Part shown: positions 1 to 10,527 of the stretch, piece by piece
Layout of the letters: each line of letters begins with the position of its first letter
Position numbering within the stretch: position 1 is the stretch's first letter
Assembly: GCA_963691875.1 (NCBI GenBank)
Contig: OY829846.1
Location: 3,424,001-3,488,000, forward strand
Direction: 5' to 3'
Length of the DNA stretch: 64,000 bases
Origin: Aureliella sp.
Lineage (GTDB): Bacteria > Planctomycetota > Planctomycetia > Pirellulales > Pirellulaceae
The notes under the pieces: generated by a model
The model's database searches: none
What the model saw: the letters and a program-made list of their open reading frames with translations, nothing else
What the model was told of the DNA's origin: nothing
Program-made: the position numbers and the translations under genes

Positions 1-241
1 CAGCGTCACAATCGACTCGGATTTCGTGAACATCTTGATAGTGTCCGCTTGTTTCCCCTTTTCGCCAAAGCTCTTGGCGGCTGCGGCTGTAGTAGACGCC
101 GCGGCGAGTACGTACCGTTTCTTCGTAGGCCTCAGCGTTCATCCAAGCGAGCATCAGAACCTTGCCCGTTTCCGAGTCTTGTGCAATGGCGGGCAAAAGC
201 CCATCTTTACCGAGTTCGAAATTGGGAACGGGGTCAGTCAA
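1..241 (-). CDS. hisI: Phosphoribosyl-AMP cyclohydrolase (3' end runs off the window)
   Basis: Not in the ORF track. Manual translation from TTG at 241 (GGAG upstream) gives [80 protein letters not shown], with the HisI motifs SRSR-x-LW-x-KGETSG and DCD. Confidence 0.95.
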   Translation of the reverse strand, partial: MTDPVPNFELGKDGLLPAIAQDSETGKVLMLAWMNAEAYEETVRTRRGVYYSRSRQELWRKGETSGHYQDVHEIRVDCDA

Positions 242-547
242 CGTGATAGCTCCGAGTGGTTGCTGAATATTGATTTGGCATTTTACCTCAGAGCCACCAA
301 TCCTTTAACTGCTTTTGCACAAGCAGATAATACCATAGACATTTGAGGACGATGGAAGTAAGGACTCAAGCAAGACACATAGACGAGTGAGTGAGTTCAT
401 AAAAACACGACGGGCAGATGATCGAGTTTTGGCCTCGCCCGAAGGCAATCTTTAACGCCCTGCCGCATAGCCGGCTCGCCCCAAGACCCTAGATCGAATC
501 TCGCTTGCACGACACGCACGCCGTGTTTGTATTGGTGGTTAGAGCCG

Positions 548-847
548 TCAAGACTTGTTGGGTGGCGGCAATATCAAAGCGTGGAGAAAGATTACGCCAC
601 CGACCGTGAGGAGAATCCAACCCAGCCAGTGAGGCGGCTGGATGATGCGAGATTTGCTGTCCGCAGACTTATCCATGACCATGTCAGGCGACGAGTCGGC
701 GGATGCCAACTGAGCTTCAGTTGCGATTTTGGCGATCGCATTGGTGCCAGTTTCATTTAGAACAAAAGAATGCACCATACGAAACTGCATGCCCAACAAT
801 AATAGCAAGCAGCCAAACATGAAGTAACGATTGCGATTGAAGTCCAT
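548..847 (-). CDS. Small two-TM hypothetical membrane protein
   Basis: 99 aa with hydrophobic helices at both ends and natural composition. Confidence 0.75.
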   Translation of the reverse strand: MDFNRNRYFMFGCLLLLLGMQFRMVHSFVLNETGTNAIAKIATEAQLASADSSPDMVMDKSADSKSRIIQPPHWLGWILLTVGGVIFLHALILPPPNKS

Positions 848-942
848 CAGAAAAGCCTCGTTCTCAATTGCGAGAATCCCAATATCTCAGCTTTTCTGTC
901 ATCGGCGCAGAAGCCTCGGCCAATGAGTCGCTCTAGCAAATG

Positions 943-1833
943 TCAGTTTGGTCGGAGCGTAGCGATTGTAGCGGATCCTTGGCTTGCAGGCTTTGACGCA
1001 ATCCCGCCGGTTCGGGATACTGCGGTGAAGTGCTCGCGCAGTTGTTGCCGCAAATCTGGAACCTCGTTCAACAAAGCTCGTTGAAGATCAAATACTTTGA
1101 CCGGTTGGCTCTCCACAGCGTTTCCCGTCAAGGCTTGCTTAGGAAACGCTCGGTGCTCGGACAAGTATCGCAAGAGCAACCCGCGTGTCTGAGCACTTCG
1201 GTGCAACATAAAGTGCACCCAAGCCCAACTGTCTCGATAGTCCGAATTGCGAAGCTTCGCAAAGTTTACCTTCTGCTGCAGCGTCGTAAGTGACTGAAGC
1301 TGGCCTTTCCCCGATATAGCTCGCACATCAGATAAATAGCTATTGCCGCCAAATCGATCCTCTCTGCTCGCCTCAAAGTACTCTGCGAGGCCCTCGTCGA
1401 GCCACAGCGGCAGTGTTACTCCCGATTGATTGATCAGGGCATGAGTGACTTCGTGTCGGAGGTCCGCAGCGACGCCTGAATGCCAATGAGTAAACAACAT
1501 TCCTGGACCGCGGTGTTGTAAGAAAAGCGCTCTGCGATGCGGGAGTTCTGGGAAATAAGCTCCCATGTAACGACGATATTCTTCCTCGGTCGAAAACAGC
1601 ACAATGTGAATCGTCTCGCTACTCTGAGGCAGCTTCAGCAAATCTTCAACGTCTGCTCTGATTTGCCCCAACTCAATGATCAATTGCTTTTGTGATTTGA
1701 GTGCGAAGTCAGCATGGATCTCAAATCGTCCAACACGCAGTTCGTCCCTCCACTTCGCAATCTCTTCGCCGTGCAGCACGTTGCATACCGCGAGGAAGGA
1801 CAAAAGCGCAAGGTACGACTCTCGCAGGACCAT
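943..1833 (-). CDS. DUF1570-like / HExxH zinc metallopeptidase-like exported protein
   Basis: HEVTH followed by LPLWLDEGLAEYFE. Signal-like N-terminus from ATG 1833; the ORF track extends to 1914. Confidence 0.75.
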   Translation of the reverse strand: MVLRESYLALLSFLAVCNVLHGEEIAKWRDELRVGRFEIHADFALKSQKQLIIELGQIRADVEDLLKLPQSSETIHIVLFSTEEEYRRYMGAYFPELPHRRALFLQHRGPGMLFTHWHSGVAADLRHEVTHALINQSGVTLPLWLDEGLAEYFEASREDRFGGNSYLSDVRAISGKGQLQSLTTLQQKVNFAKLRNSDYRDSWAWVHFMLHRSAQTRGLLLRYLSEHRAFPKQALTGNAVESQPVKVFDLQRALLNEVPDLRQQLREHFTAVSRTGGIASKPASQGSATIATLRPN

Positions 1834-2051
1834 GGAGGGACTTAAGCAATGTGGGAAGGAGACCGAAACGCTTACACAGGGCGGGAGTTTAGTTGAAGCA
1901 ACCGGCGCAGCCATAGATCAAACCCATCGCGATCCGATTCTGTGCATTGCTAGCAATTTTGTGGCGAAGGGTTAGATGCGGTAAGGAGGATAGCCCTTCA
2001 GACATATCCATGCTGTGGACATGATACATATCTAAGTGTTTTGGTGCAGGA

Positions 2052-3210
2052 TTGATGAGAAGGTGGAAGCAAACTTGCTGTCGCGTTGCAATAATCGCTC
2101 GTAGCAACCATTTTCTGTTGGCAGGAATACCTGCGCCGTTGCCTGACAAGATAACGCTGGAAGAAACACTTGCTCGTCCCATCACCGAGCGACTTCAAGC
2201 ACTATTGTTATTTTTAGTTGGCCTCGTCATTTCTGTTCTCGCAGTTCGCTGGCTTCGGAACCGCCTGCAAAAAGATCTTGAGTGGCTACCAAGGCTCACA
2301 TTCTCTCGGGGCATCGCGTTCGTCACGATCTGGGGATTCGGTTTCGTGCTGATCCTAACGATGATCTCTGGTGCACGCGAGCTATCCATGCCCGGGGCTA
2401 GGCGGCAGCAGGGATTCACCTACAAGATGGACGCCGAACCGAAAACAATCAACGAGACGCAGCGAGCAGAGCGAATGTTGCTGTTGTTCCGAGAATTGGT
2501 AGAGCTCAAGGGCGAAAACTGGCCCAAGAACTAGGGTGGCGTTCCTTCCGATCTTTGTGAGCTGCCAGGTAGAGATCTCATCCTTTTCGGATGGCTCTTG
2601 TTTCTTAATGAAAATCTTCCTCAAGCGCGATTCCGATGGGAAGGCTGGCTAGTGTTCGGATCGGTAACAGTTCTTTTGATCGTCTTGGTTTACTACTTTT
2701 AATGGTGGGTTGCTCGATCTGTTTCCGTAAACCGCCCAAGCGAGGCGCGTGGTTCGTGGGGTTGGCGTTCTAGCTTGCTGTTGGTTGCACTGGTCTACGC
2801 GATGTTTGTCGCTGGCTTGGCAGCAACTGGAATTGTGCATCAGGTCGGCTAGCTCGCGACAGCGCCGTCGGAGTGATACGTCCGCCGAGTAAACGATGAC
2901 AGCTAGTCTTCGCTTGCGAGGGATTTACGCTGTCGCACTACGTAGGTAATTGCAGTGTTTAAAATTGGGAGCGAAGACGCGAGACCTTCGCGGCAACACT
3001 TTGTTGATCGGAGAAGTGAACACGGATTTCAAAGCCTGGGGGCAACCCGACCAACTTGCGAGATCTTTGGCTGGGATTGAAGCGGTACCCCGATGGCTTC
3101 GGAGGCCCCGCCCACCTTCTATCTGCCATGCTTACCTTGGCAGATGGAAGCATGCAGGAAATCGTTCAGAATATCGATGTAAAAGTGCTTCAACGGCTAT
3201 CTGTCGGTAA
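2052..3210 (+). pseudogene. Decayed cassette: membrane protein plus DUF1559-like protein remnants
   Basis: One frame continues through in-frame stops at 2532 (TAG), 2700 (TAA) and 2850 (TAG in ...AATGIVHQVG*L). Fragments TLLIGEV...KAWG and RD..LG...PDGFGGP...ADGS...ID resemble a DUF1559 C-terminus and lie in different frames. Confidence 0.65.
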
Positions 3211-3493
3211 GTCGCGAGCCAAATCTCTTAACCGCGTATGGCTAACCAGAATCTTTCACCCCGAGTTCGTTCTCTAGCAGTATTCCCTTGCCCGAATACG
3301 CTTCCATTCTTAGAAGCTCTCCTGCCGGTCGTCGAAGGCTTTCCCGCCACATCCGGCCGTGTTTGATGTAGCGGTTGTGCCTATTGCGCGGGAACCAACT
3401 ACACTGCTCGGTCCAATCCTGTGATCTGAGACACACAGTGCCCCGCTTCTTTTTGCCTAGCCCTCATATTTACAGGGTTCCAGGGGGCATACG

Positions 3494-4153
3494 ATGCAAA
3501 TCGACATTCTAACACGACGACGCGAATTTCTGACCACGCTTGGTGTAGGTCTACTTGCCCCGCCTTGGCTGTGCGATGATCAAACTAGTGCGTCCGCGAA
3601 TTCTGAATCTACCTTTGTCGATTGGAAGGAGTTGGCTGAGCAGGGCGAAAGATTCGAACACTGGACTCCAGAGCAGGATCAAACCTGGAAGTGGTATACG
3701 CTAGAGCGTTACAAAAATGGCATTTGGAAGACCGTGGGCCGAACTTTGCCAATCCATCTCAAGACCGGCAAACCGTTTGATAAGCCCGAAGGATACTTAA
3801 GCCCGGATGCGGTCCCCGAATATGTCTTGGAGAGTACTTTGCCAACGCTCCCCAAACAGCTTCGCAAGAGCCTCAAGCCTTCACAATGGGATGTCGATGG
3901 CCATGATTCGCGCCAGCCCGATCCGCTTATTCGCGCTCGAGATGGCAAGCCGCCGAGCGATTGGTTGACGAGTCTTCATGCTGCGGAATTGCGAACTTGG
4001 CTGGCTACGATAGAGCCTTCCGAGGCAGGCGTCAGTGGCATGACATTCTGGGTTCACTTGGTGCGTGATCATAGCTTCGATCCGCGGCATATCAACGGAT
4101 TGACCGAAGACGAGTTCCATATACTCCATTCCGCCGCACACGAAGGTTATTGA
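3494..4153 (+). CDS. Tat-signal hypothetical protein with His-rich C-terminal domain
   Basis: TRRREFL twin-arginine motif plus hydrophobic stretch; C-terminus HLVRDH...HILHSAAH. Confidence 0.75.
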   Translation: MQIDILTRRREFLTTLGVGLLAPPWLCDDQTSASANSESTFVDWKELAEQGERFEHWTPEQDQTWKWYTLERYKNGIWKTVGRTLPIHLKTGKPFDKPEGYLSPDAVPEYVLESTLPTLPKQLRKSLKPSQWDVDGHDSRQPDPLIRARDGKPPSDWLTSLHAAELRTWLATIEPSEAGVSGMTFWVHLVRDHSFDPRHINGLTEDEFHILHSAAHEGY

Positions 4154-4246
4154 TTTTCAGGTCAAATGGTAAGCGGCTTAGCCGCGATACGCATTCAGAG
4201 GGACTCAGTCGCTTGCTCGTCCTGCTTGAGCTGAGCGGCTTTGGCG

Positions 4247-4984
4247 CTAGTCTGGTTTTTCTATCGTCGAGGTAGGGACGTGCCCGGGTTGAAAAACGTA
4301 GCTCTTCTCACGCGGTGACATGCGGACGGGCACCGCTACGGAGCCACCTGCAGGCTGCGGCGATGCCGTGCCCGAAACGAGCTTTGCCACTCGATCGGCG
4401 TTGAGAACCTCGGCAAGTGCCATGGACTCACTGGGCCAATCCAACAACTTTCGGTTCAAGGATTGATCAATTTGAGAAGGCGTCGTTCGCGCGAATGGAG
4501 AAGCAGCAAGACTGTTGACCGAAGCGGCAGAAATCTGCGCTTCAGCGACGTTTGGCAGCGGAGCCTTTGCTTGTGAACGAGGCTGAGAAATCCAGGTTGG
4601 CAATTCTGGAAAAACTGGCGCATCAGACTTCGGTGCTGAGCTCGTTAATCCGTCAGCGACAAGTTCCTCTAAGTCTGACTCTTGCCGCTCCCAATTAGGC
4701 CGTGGATACCCCGGCGAAAGCTGGGAGGAAAACTCTCCCGATGAAACCATTTTGACTTTGGCTGCCGAATTGTTTGATGCCTTCGAATCGGCTGGTATTG
4801 CCTGACTGGGCTCGAAGGCGCGTGCGGTTGACGATTCGGCTTCAGCCAAGATCTGAGAAGAAACCTGGTCGGCAGGCACGCGCAGAAAGGGATAAGCGCA
4901 CAACGCACCGAGACCGAGCGTCACCATAGCCCAAAAGGCGGATTGAGGAGATTGCATGGCGCTTGTCTTCCTTGGCAGAGCCAA
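4247..4984 (-). CDS. Hypothetical protein (N-terminal TM, low-complexity body)
   Basis: 245-aa ORF with one hydrophobic helix followed by Ser/Ala/Pro-rich sequence. Confidence 0.6.
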   Translation of the reverse strand: MALPRKTSAMQSPQSAFWAMVTLGLGALCAYPFLRVPADQVSSQILAEAESSTARAFEPSQAIPADSKASNNSAAKVKMVSSGEFSSQLSPGYPRPNWERQESDLEELVADGLTSSAPKSDAPVFPELPTWISQPRSQAKAPLPNVAEAQISAASVNSLAASPFARTTPSQIDQSLNRKLLDWPSESMALAEVLNADRVAKLVSGTASPQPAGGSVAVPVRMSPREKSYVFQPGHVPTSTIEKPD

Positions 4985-5261
4985 CGAGACATGTCGCTTG
5001 TGCCACGTCCTTGCGCTATAGCGACCGATTCAGAATTCGCGCCAACCCATGGCTGCGAAGAGTAGGGAGCCTAGCTCGGAACTAGATCTCTCCAATCTCG
5101 TTCGGCAAGACGCTAGGCTTCTTCACAGGCTTTTGCGCAGATTTCCCATACTGCTCGTAGCGAAAGAGATCACAGTTAAGCAGACAGTAGCGATTGCGGA
5201 GCGAAAAGGCCTTGCGGCACACCAGCCATGGTGAGACACACCAGAATCCTTGGCTGAGGCC

Positions 5262-5293
5262 ACAAACAAAGCCGTAGCTCTCGCCACGGCTTT
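5262..5293 (-). terminator. Rho-independent terminator after amtB
   Basis: Minus strand reads GCCGTGGC-GAGA-GCTACGGC followed by TTTGTTTGT. Confidence 0.75.
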
Positions 5294-5326
5294 GAAATAT
5301 CTGGATGCGATAGGCCTTAGCTTCGC

Positions 5327-6826
5327 TTACAGGAAGATGTAACCCTCTTCCCCGTGCTCGGTTACATCCAAACCTTGGCGTTCCGCGTTGGCTTCAACAC
5401 GAAGACCGATCACTGCGTCAATGATCTTTAGCAGGATGAAACTCAATACGGCAGCGAATACAAAAGTGACCGCCACTGCAACGACTTGACCGACGATCGT
5501 CGAATAGTTGCCTTCGATCATTCCAAGCGGCTTGCCCTCTCCTTCGAAGTCCCAGATGGCTCGCGTGGCGAAAACACCGGTCGGCACGGCACCGAGTGTA
5601 CCGCCAACTCCGTGAACACCAAAAGCATCCAAGGAATCGTCGTACTTTAGTTTTGTCTTCAGGACCGCACAGGCGAGGTAGCATACGACGCCAGCTAGTG
5701 CTCCCATAATCAGCGATGGCATCAATTGCACGAAGCCTGCAGCTGGAGTGATGCAAACTAATCCGGCTACTGCACCAGAGCTTGCACCGAGTAAAGTCGG
5801 TTTGCCGCGTTGTAGCCATTCAGTGCAAGCCCAGGCAATGGCTCCTGCTGCGGCGGCGAAGTGCGTGACGGCGAAAGCGCTTGAAGTGATACCGTCGACC
5901 ATCAGTTCACTCCCCGCGTTGAAACCGAACCAACCGACCCAAAGCATCGAAGCACCGAGAGCAGTGTAGGTCAAGTTGTGAGGCGGCATCGGTTCTGTGC
6001 CGTGTCCGATACGTGGGCCAATCAAGATACAAGCTACCAGAGCGGTGACACCAGAGCTGATATGTACGACTGTACCGCCCGCGAAGTCGAGAGCCCCGCC
6101 AGCAATCGCATGTTTTTCTGCGTAAGCCAGAATCCCACCACCCCAGACCCAGTGACAGAGCGGGCAGTAAACAAAAGTACCCCATAAGATCGAGAAGACG
6201 ACCATCGCACTAAACTTCATCCGTTCGGCAAAGGCACCGCAGATCAGCGCAGGAGTAATGATAAAGAACATTCCTTGAAACAGCATGTGCGTCAACATTG
6301 GTATCTCGCCATTCATCGGAGTCAAGGCAACGCCCTGGGCGTCATCCCAAACCCGAGCGACTCCGTTCATGAACAAGTAGTCAAAGTTTCCGATGTAAGG
6401 ATTGCCCCCGCCAAATGCCAGTGAGTAGCCGTAGATAGCCCAGATGCAGGTCATGAGCCCCATCAAGAAGATGCACTGCATCAGAACGCTGAGCACATTC
6501 TTCTTTCGAACCAGACCACCGTAGAACATGGCGAGTCCGGGCGCGGTCATAAACAACACCAAAGCACATGAGAGAAGCATCCAAGCGTTGTGTGCGGGCT
6601 TTCCGCCTGCGGATAGCTCCGCGTCGGTCAACAAAACTGGAGTTTCCTCTGCTTCTTCGCCACTATCAGAATCAGCTGCTTCGGTTGCCGTTTGTTTGTT
6701 TGCGTCTTCGTCGGAATCGCCAGTTTGAGCGAATGCGGATGAGGCAACGAAGCCCAAGAATAAAATTGCTAGTGGTGGTAGCAGCGAAAACTGAGTCAGT
6801 CTCCGCCTTAAAAAATGCAAGCTCAC
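5327..6826 (-). CDS. amtB: Ammonium transporter
   Basis: LVLFMTAPGLAMFYGGLVRKKN, DFAGGTVVHISSG, WFGFNAGS and DDSLDAFGVHGVGG motifs. Confidence 0.97.
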   Translation of the reverse strand: MSLHFLRRRLTQFSLLPPLAILFLGFVASSAFAQTGDSDEDANKQTATEAADSDSGEEAEETPVLLTDAELSAGGKPAHNAWMLLSCALVLFMTAPGLAMFYGGLVRKKNVLSVLMQCIFLMGLMTCIWAIYGYSLAFGGGNPYIGNFDYLFMNGVARVWDDAQGVALTPMNGEIPMLTHMLFQGMFFIITPALICGAFAERMKFSAMVVFSILWGTFVYCPLCHWVWGGGILAYAEKHAIAGGALDFAGGTVVHISSGVTALVACILIGPRIGHGTEPMPPHNLTYTALGASMLWVGWFGFNAGSELMVDGITSSAFAVTHFAAAAGAIAWACTEWLQRGKPTLLGASSGAVAGLVCITPAAGFVQLMPSLIMGALAGVVCYLACAVLKTKLKYDDSLDAFGVHGVGGTLGAVPTGVFATRAIWDFEGEGKPLGMIEGNYSTIVGQVVAVAVTFVFAAVLSFILLKIIDAVIGLRVEANAERQGLDVTEHGEEGYIFL

Positions 6827-7477
6827 TATTTGATACTCCCTGTAGGATCACGATGAAAAATGCCGATGGAGCTCTTCCGCCTCGATTTCCATTTGGCAAC
6901 GCATTGGGTAGGAACGGGGGACCATCCCGAGGAAACAGTTCGCTGCTCAGCTCAGGACTAGCGCATACGCCTTCATCATGAGCTACCAGGGAAATATCAA
7001 CCAAGGAAGATCGCTATTCTGGTGGTAGAGTCGCGATTAGAATCCACCGGCCTCAATTCAACGACTTGCATCAAAGATTGGCAGGCCGACCGCTCGCTCC
7101 TCGCTGGCAATGAAGCGGCTTCAAAAAGTCACCTGAGGGAAATTGCAGAAATGGAGGGGCAAAATTCAGGAGATCCGCCTCTTGGATACCGCCAAATACC
7201 TTGAGGTCAGCGTAAGAGGCTAAACAATGTTGAGCCTAAAGGGAATGACCAGGAGACGCTTTTTCAGGGCCAATCAAAGTTTCACTGTCTATGGCAGCCA
7301 TTCGCTCGGTGAATGTATGCTGCTATGGCCGAGCCTAAGTCGACCTACGTAGAACCCCTGATTCGCCTTGGTCGCTTTTCGAATGAACGACGTCCGACCC
7401 AGCAAGCAAGCTGTCCACCGATATCCATCCGCCAAATTCCCCCATACGGATTAACCTCTCATTCAACTGGAAAAGCT

Positions 7478-7981
7478 GTGACACAAACTTCGCTACTAAC
7501 GGCCTATCGCTCCTCAATGGTTGAACAGCTGAGAGATGGCATGGTCAAGATCGATCACTGCCTGCAGCAACTCTCGCCCGAAGATATTTGGACGCGCCCC
7601 AACGGTCACATGAATAGCATCGCGAACTTGTTGTTGCACTTAGCGGGTAACGTCCGTCAGTGGCTGATCTGTGGCTTAAGTGACCAGCCAGATTTGCGAA
7701 ATCGACAACAGGAATTTGATGACCGATCCAAAAGAGAACCTCGCGAGCTATTTGGAGTGCTTCGTAAGACGATCGAGGAAGCCTGCAGTGAAATCAACAG
7801 GCAAAGCGAAGAGAGTCTGTTGGCGGTCCGTCGAGTTCAACAGTTTGAATGCGACGGATTGCAGACGATTGCTGACTCAGTCTGTCACTTTCGCGGCCAT
7901 GTACAGGAGATCATTCACATGACACGCGTGCTGAAGGAAGATGCTTATCAATTTCACTTCGTGCCTGAGAACCCCGAGTGA
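7478..7981 (+). CDS. DinB/DUF1572 family protein
   Basis: NSIANLLLHLAGN, RNRQQEF and H-x-x-x-H-x-x-E-I motifs. Start at GTG 7478 is inferred. Confidence 0.85.
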   Translation: MTQTSLLTAYRSSMVEQLRDGMVKIDHCLQQLSPEDIWTRPNGHMNSIANLLLHLAGNVRQWLICGLSDQPDLRNRQQEFDDRSKREPRELFGVLRKTIEEACSEINRQSEESLLAVRRVQQFECDGLQTIADSVCHFRGHVQEIIHMTRVLKEDAYQFHFVPENPE

Positions 7982-8982
7982 AGCTGGGGTAATGATTTAA
8001 CTCGTTCTTTTTGGGGCACGATACCTTCATCTCGCAAGCTGTCTGTAGCTATTACCCAACCAACGCAAGCCACTTCTGCAAACACTTGCACTAAACGCAC
8101 AGTCACTGCCAACATGATGCCCGTGCCGAGTGGCAACCATGGAAGTAGCAGGACCGCAAGGCAACATTCACGATGAACCCAGCCTTGCGTCGACATGCTG
8201 GCGAAGAGTCCCCGCAGCCAAGCGCAGCTTGAAACTGCAATCAGAACCGCAAGCGAGATTCTTGGTGCGGCAACGCCAGCAGGGAGACAACGTAGCAAGC
8301 AGCTTAGCATCAAACCATTCAAACAAGCAATTGCTGCGTAGAACAGAACCGCTCGAGCAAAGGCACTAAATCGATACGTACCCGAACGGAGTGTTACGAA
8401 ACGTCGGCGGATGTACTTTTTGATGCTCTGTATCTTCCTCCACCCTAGAAAACTCACCGGTAGAGAAATCAAAGTGAGCGATAGCCAAATGCTCAAACTC
8501 ACTTCTACATGGAACGACTTTGCAAACACTTCGGGCAATGCCAGCCATAATCCAGGAAGACTCACCAGCGTCAAAGCCAACGCCAGCAAGATCAACTCCA
8601 AGAACCGAGAAGCCGAAGCGTTCGAAACGGAAACTCCCACCTTGGGCGCCAAAGACGAGCGCGTCGCGTAGCCCCAGTTTCGACTCGGCAGCCATTTCCG
8701 CGAATCCGTTAGTAGCCAAATCCGCGTGGCTAACTCTGCTTTAGCAGGCTGGTTCATAATATTTAGCACGACGACCCATCCAAAGGCTGTCATCACTCGG
8801 TGCAAAATCGCCAAAGCGCAAGCCAGCGAGAAAGCTGTGGACATCCAATTCGGTGCGGCCGCCCAGTGGTCCCATTGCAGTACCGTTGCCACAGTCAATC
8901 CGATGATCGCGACAGCGGCAATTCGAGAAACTTTCAGATGGTTGGTCTGTTCTCTGCGTGTTCGACATGCAGACATGGCCAA
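7954..8982 (-). CDS. Polytopic membrane protein, lysylphosphatidylglycerol-synthase-TM/flippase-like (divergent)
   Basis: Many TM helices; ...QGWVHRECCLAVLL... resembles the GxGxRE motif of that family. Confidence 0.55.
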   Translation of the reverse strand: MAMSACRTRREQTNHLKVSRIAAVAIIGLTVATVLQWDHWAAAPNWMSTAFSLACALAILHRVMTAFGWVVVLNIMNQPAKAELATRIWLLTDSRKWLPSRNWGYATRSSLAPKVGVSVSNASASRFLELILLALALTLVSLPGLWLALPEVFAKSFHVEVSLSIWLSLTLISLPVSFLGWRKIQSIKKYIRRRFVTLRSGTYRFSAFARAVLFYAAIACLNGLMLSCLLRCLPAGVAAPRISLAVLIAVSSCAWLRGLFASMSTQGWVHRECCLAVLLLPWLPLGTGIMLAVTVRLVQVFAEVACVGWVIATDSLRDEGIVPQKERVKSLPQLHSGFSGTK

Positions 8983-9223
8983 GCTCTCTAAAGCAGGCTG
9001 ATTTCAAGATGTGAAACGTATTTGTGGCAGAGGCTGGGGCGCGACATACAAAGCTTAGGTTGGAAACACACCCCTGAGATGCTCAGAGAGTGCGTACTTA
9101 ACGTCCTTTAAACGCCATCCACGATTTCTTTCAGTACTTCGGACATTGCAGGCAAACGCAACCAATCCAGTCCCATCCTGGCTTTCCTGGTTCCGGAACA
9201 TATGATGGTGACCCCCGTCAAAT

Positions 9224-9253
9224 ATATTTCGAGAAGGCATATTTCGAGAAGGC
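9224..9253 (+). repeat. Perfect 15-bp tandem duplication ATATTTCGAGAAGGC x2
   Basis: Directly visible; ends 2 nt before the ATG at 9256. Confidence 0.9.
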
Positions 9254-9255
9254 CG

Positions 9256-10257
9256 ATGGAAAAGCTCGTACTCTGCTACCCCGTCAAAGAAAAACACTTG
9301 GAACAATACCGGCAAGCTCTTCCCGAGCTTGAGGTGATCAACGCAGGACAAGAAGGAATCGCTGCTGCCCTGAGTGAGGCTGACTACTTCGTAGGTCACG
9401 CGAAAGTCCCTGTCGATTGGGACTCAGCCGTCCAGCATGGTCAGCTGAAAATGATTCAGAGCTCAGCGGCAGGCTTGGACCACTGCTTGGTTCCGTCCGT
9501 CATTGCCTCCGACATTCCCGTGTGCAGCGCGTCCGGTTTGTTCGCAAATCAAGTATCAGAACAAACACTTGCACTACTCTACGGTGTAGTGCGAAGTTTG
9601 CCAACTTTCTTTCGACAAGGGCTCAACCAGGAATTCGTCCGTCGTCCGACCGATGACTTGCACGGGAAACGCGTCGGAATTGTTGGATTGGGTGGCAACG
9701 GCCGTCGCATCGCCGAGATGCTAGCGCCACTTAGAAATACAATTTTCGCGACGGACTTTTTTCCCACGAATAAGCCAGAAAGTGTTGCTGAATTGTGGGA
9801 GGCAGAACGGCTTGTAGAACTCGCGAGCCGGAGTGATGTCTTGATTCTGGCACTGCCGCTGAACATGGGAACACGAGGGCTCATAGGTCGTGAAGTTTTC
9901 GCGGCAATGCCAAAGGGCAGCTATTTGATCAATGTCGCTCGTGGCCAAGTGGTTGACGAAACCGAGCTGGTCAATGCACTCCAGTCAGGGCATCTTGCTG
10001 GTGCCGGACTGGACGTCACCGAGACGGAGCCTTTGCAGACAGATAGCCCATTGTGGGGAATCCCTAAAGTGCTCATTACTCCTCACGTTGGAGCCCAGTC
10101 CCGTCGCCGCGTCGATGACTCGACACGCTTTGCCTGCGTAAATTTGCGGCGATTTCTCGATGGTAAGCCTCTTTGGAACCAAGTCGACAAGCGACTCGGG
10201 TTTCCACATCCCGAAGTAATGTATTGCAATCAAGACGAGATTGAGCAAAGTTCTTGA
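9256..10257 (+). CDS. D-2-hydroxyacid dehydrogenase (NAD-binding)
   Basis: GIVGLGGNG, LINVARG, GAGLDV..EPL and ITPHVGA motifs. Confidence 0.93.
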   Translation: MEKLVLCYPVKEKHLEQYRQALPELEVINAGQEGIAAALSEADYFVGHAKVPVDWDSAVQHGQLKMIQSSAAGLDHCLVPSVIASDIPVCSASGLFANQVSEQTLALLYGVVRSLPTFFRQGLNQEFVRRPTDDLHGKRVGIVGLGGNGRRIAEMLAPLRNTIFATDFFPTNKPESVAELWEAERLVELASRSDVLILALPLNMGTRGLIGREVFAAMPKGSYLINVARGQVVDETELVNALQSGHLAGAGLDVTETEPLQTDSPLWGIPKVLITPHVGAQSRRRVDDSTRFACVNLRRFLDGKPLWNQVDKRLGFPHPEVMYCNQDEIEQSS

Positions 10258-10527
10258 AAGCATGGCCAGCAGCATTGGCCCTGCTGGTCTGGAGGGCTAT
10301 AGTCAGGGTACCCTACATTCCCACCCAGCAGCTCAAGACCTTGAGATGAGTCCTTTCGGCGGAAGGCGAGCCAGAACTTGCCAGACCAAGTTCGTTTTGA
10401 CGCACTATTTCTCTGCGCGAAAACACTTTCCATCGGTAGAAGTCCTTCTGCCGGCCGACCCAATGCCCAACCAAAGGTGCCAGCTCGCTCTAGTCTGCTT
10501 CACACGGAGCTTCACTCCGACAATCTC

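Noticed and set aside
26..346. Plus-strand ORFs at the window start
   Set aside because: They are shadows of the clear minus-strand hisI.
6827..7040. Possible nitrogen riboswitch or sigma-54 promoter upstream of amtB
   Set aside because: I found no properly spaced GG-N10-GC consensus and no recognisable riboswitch core on the coding strand.
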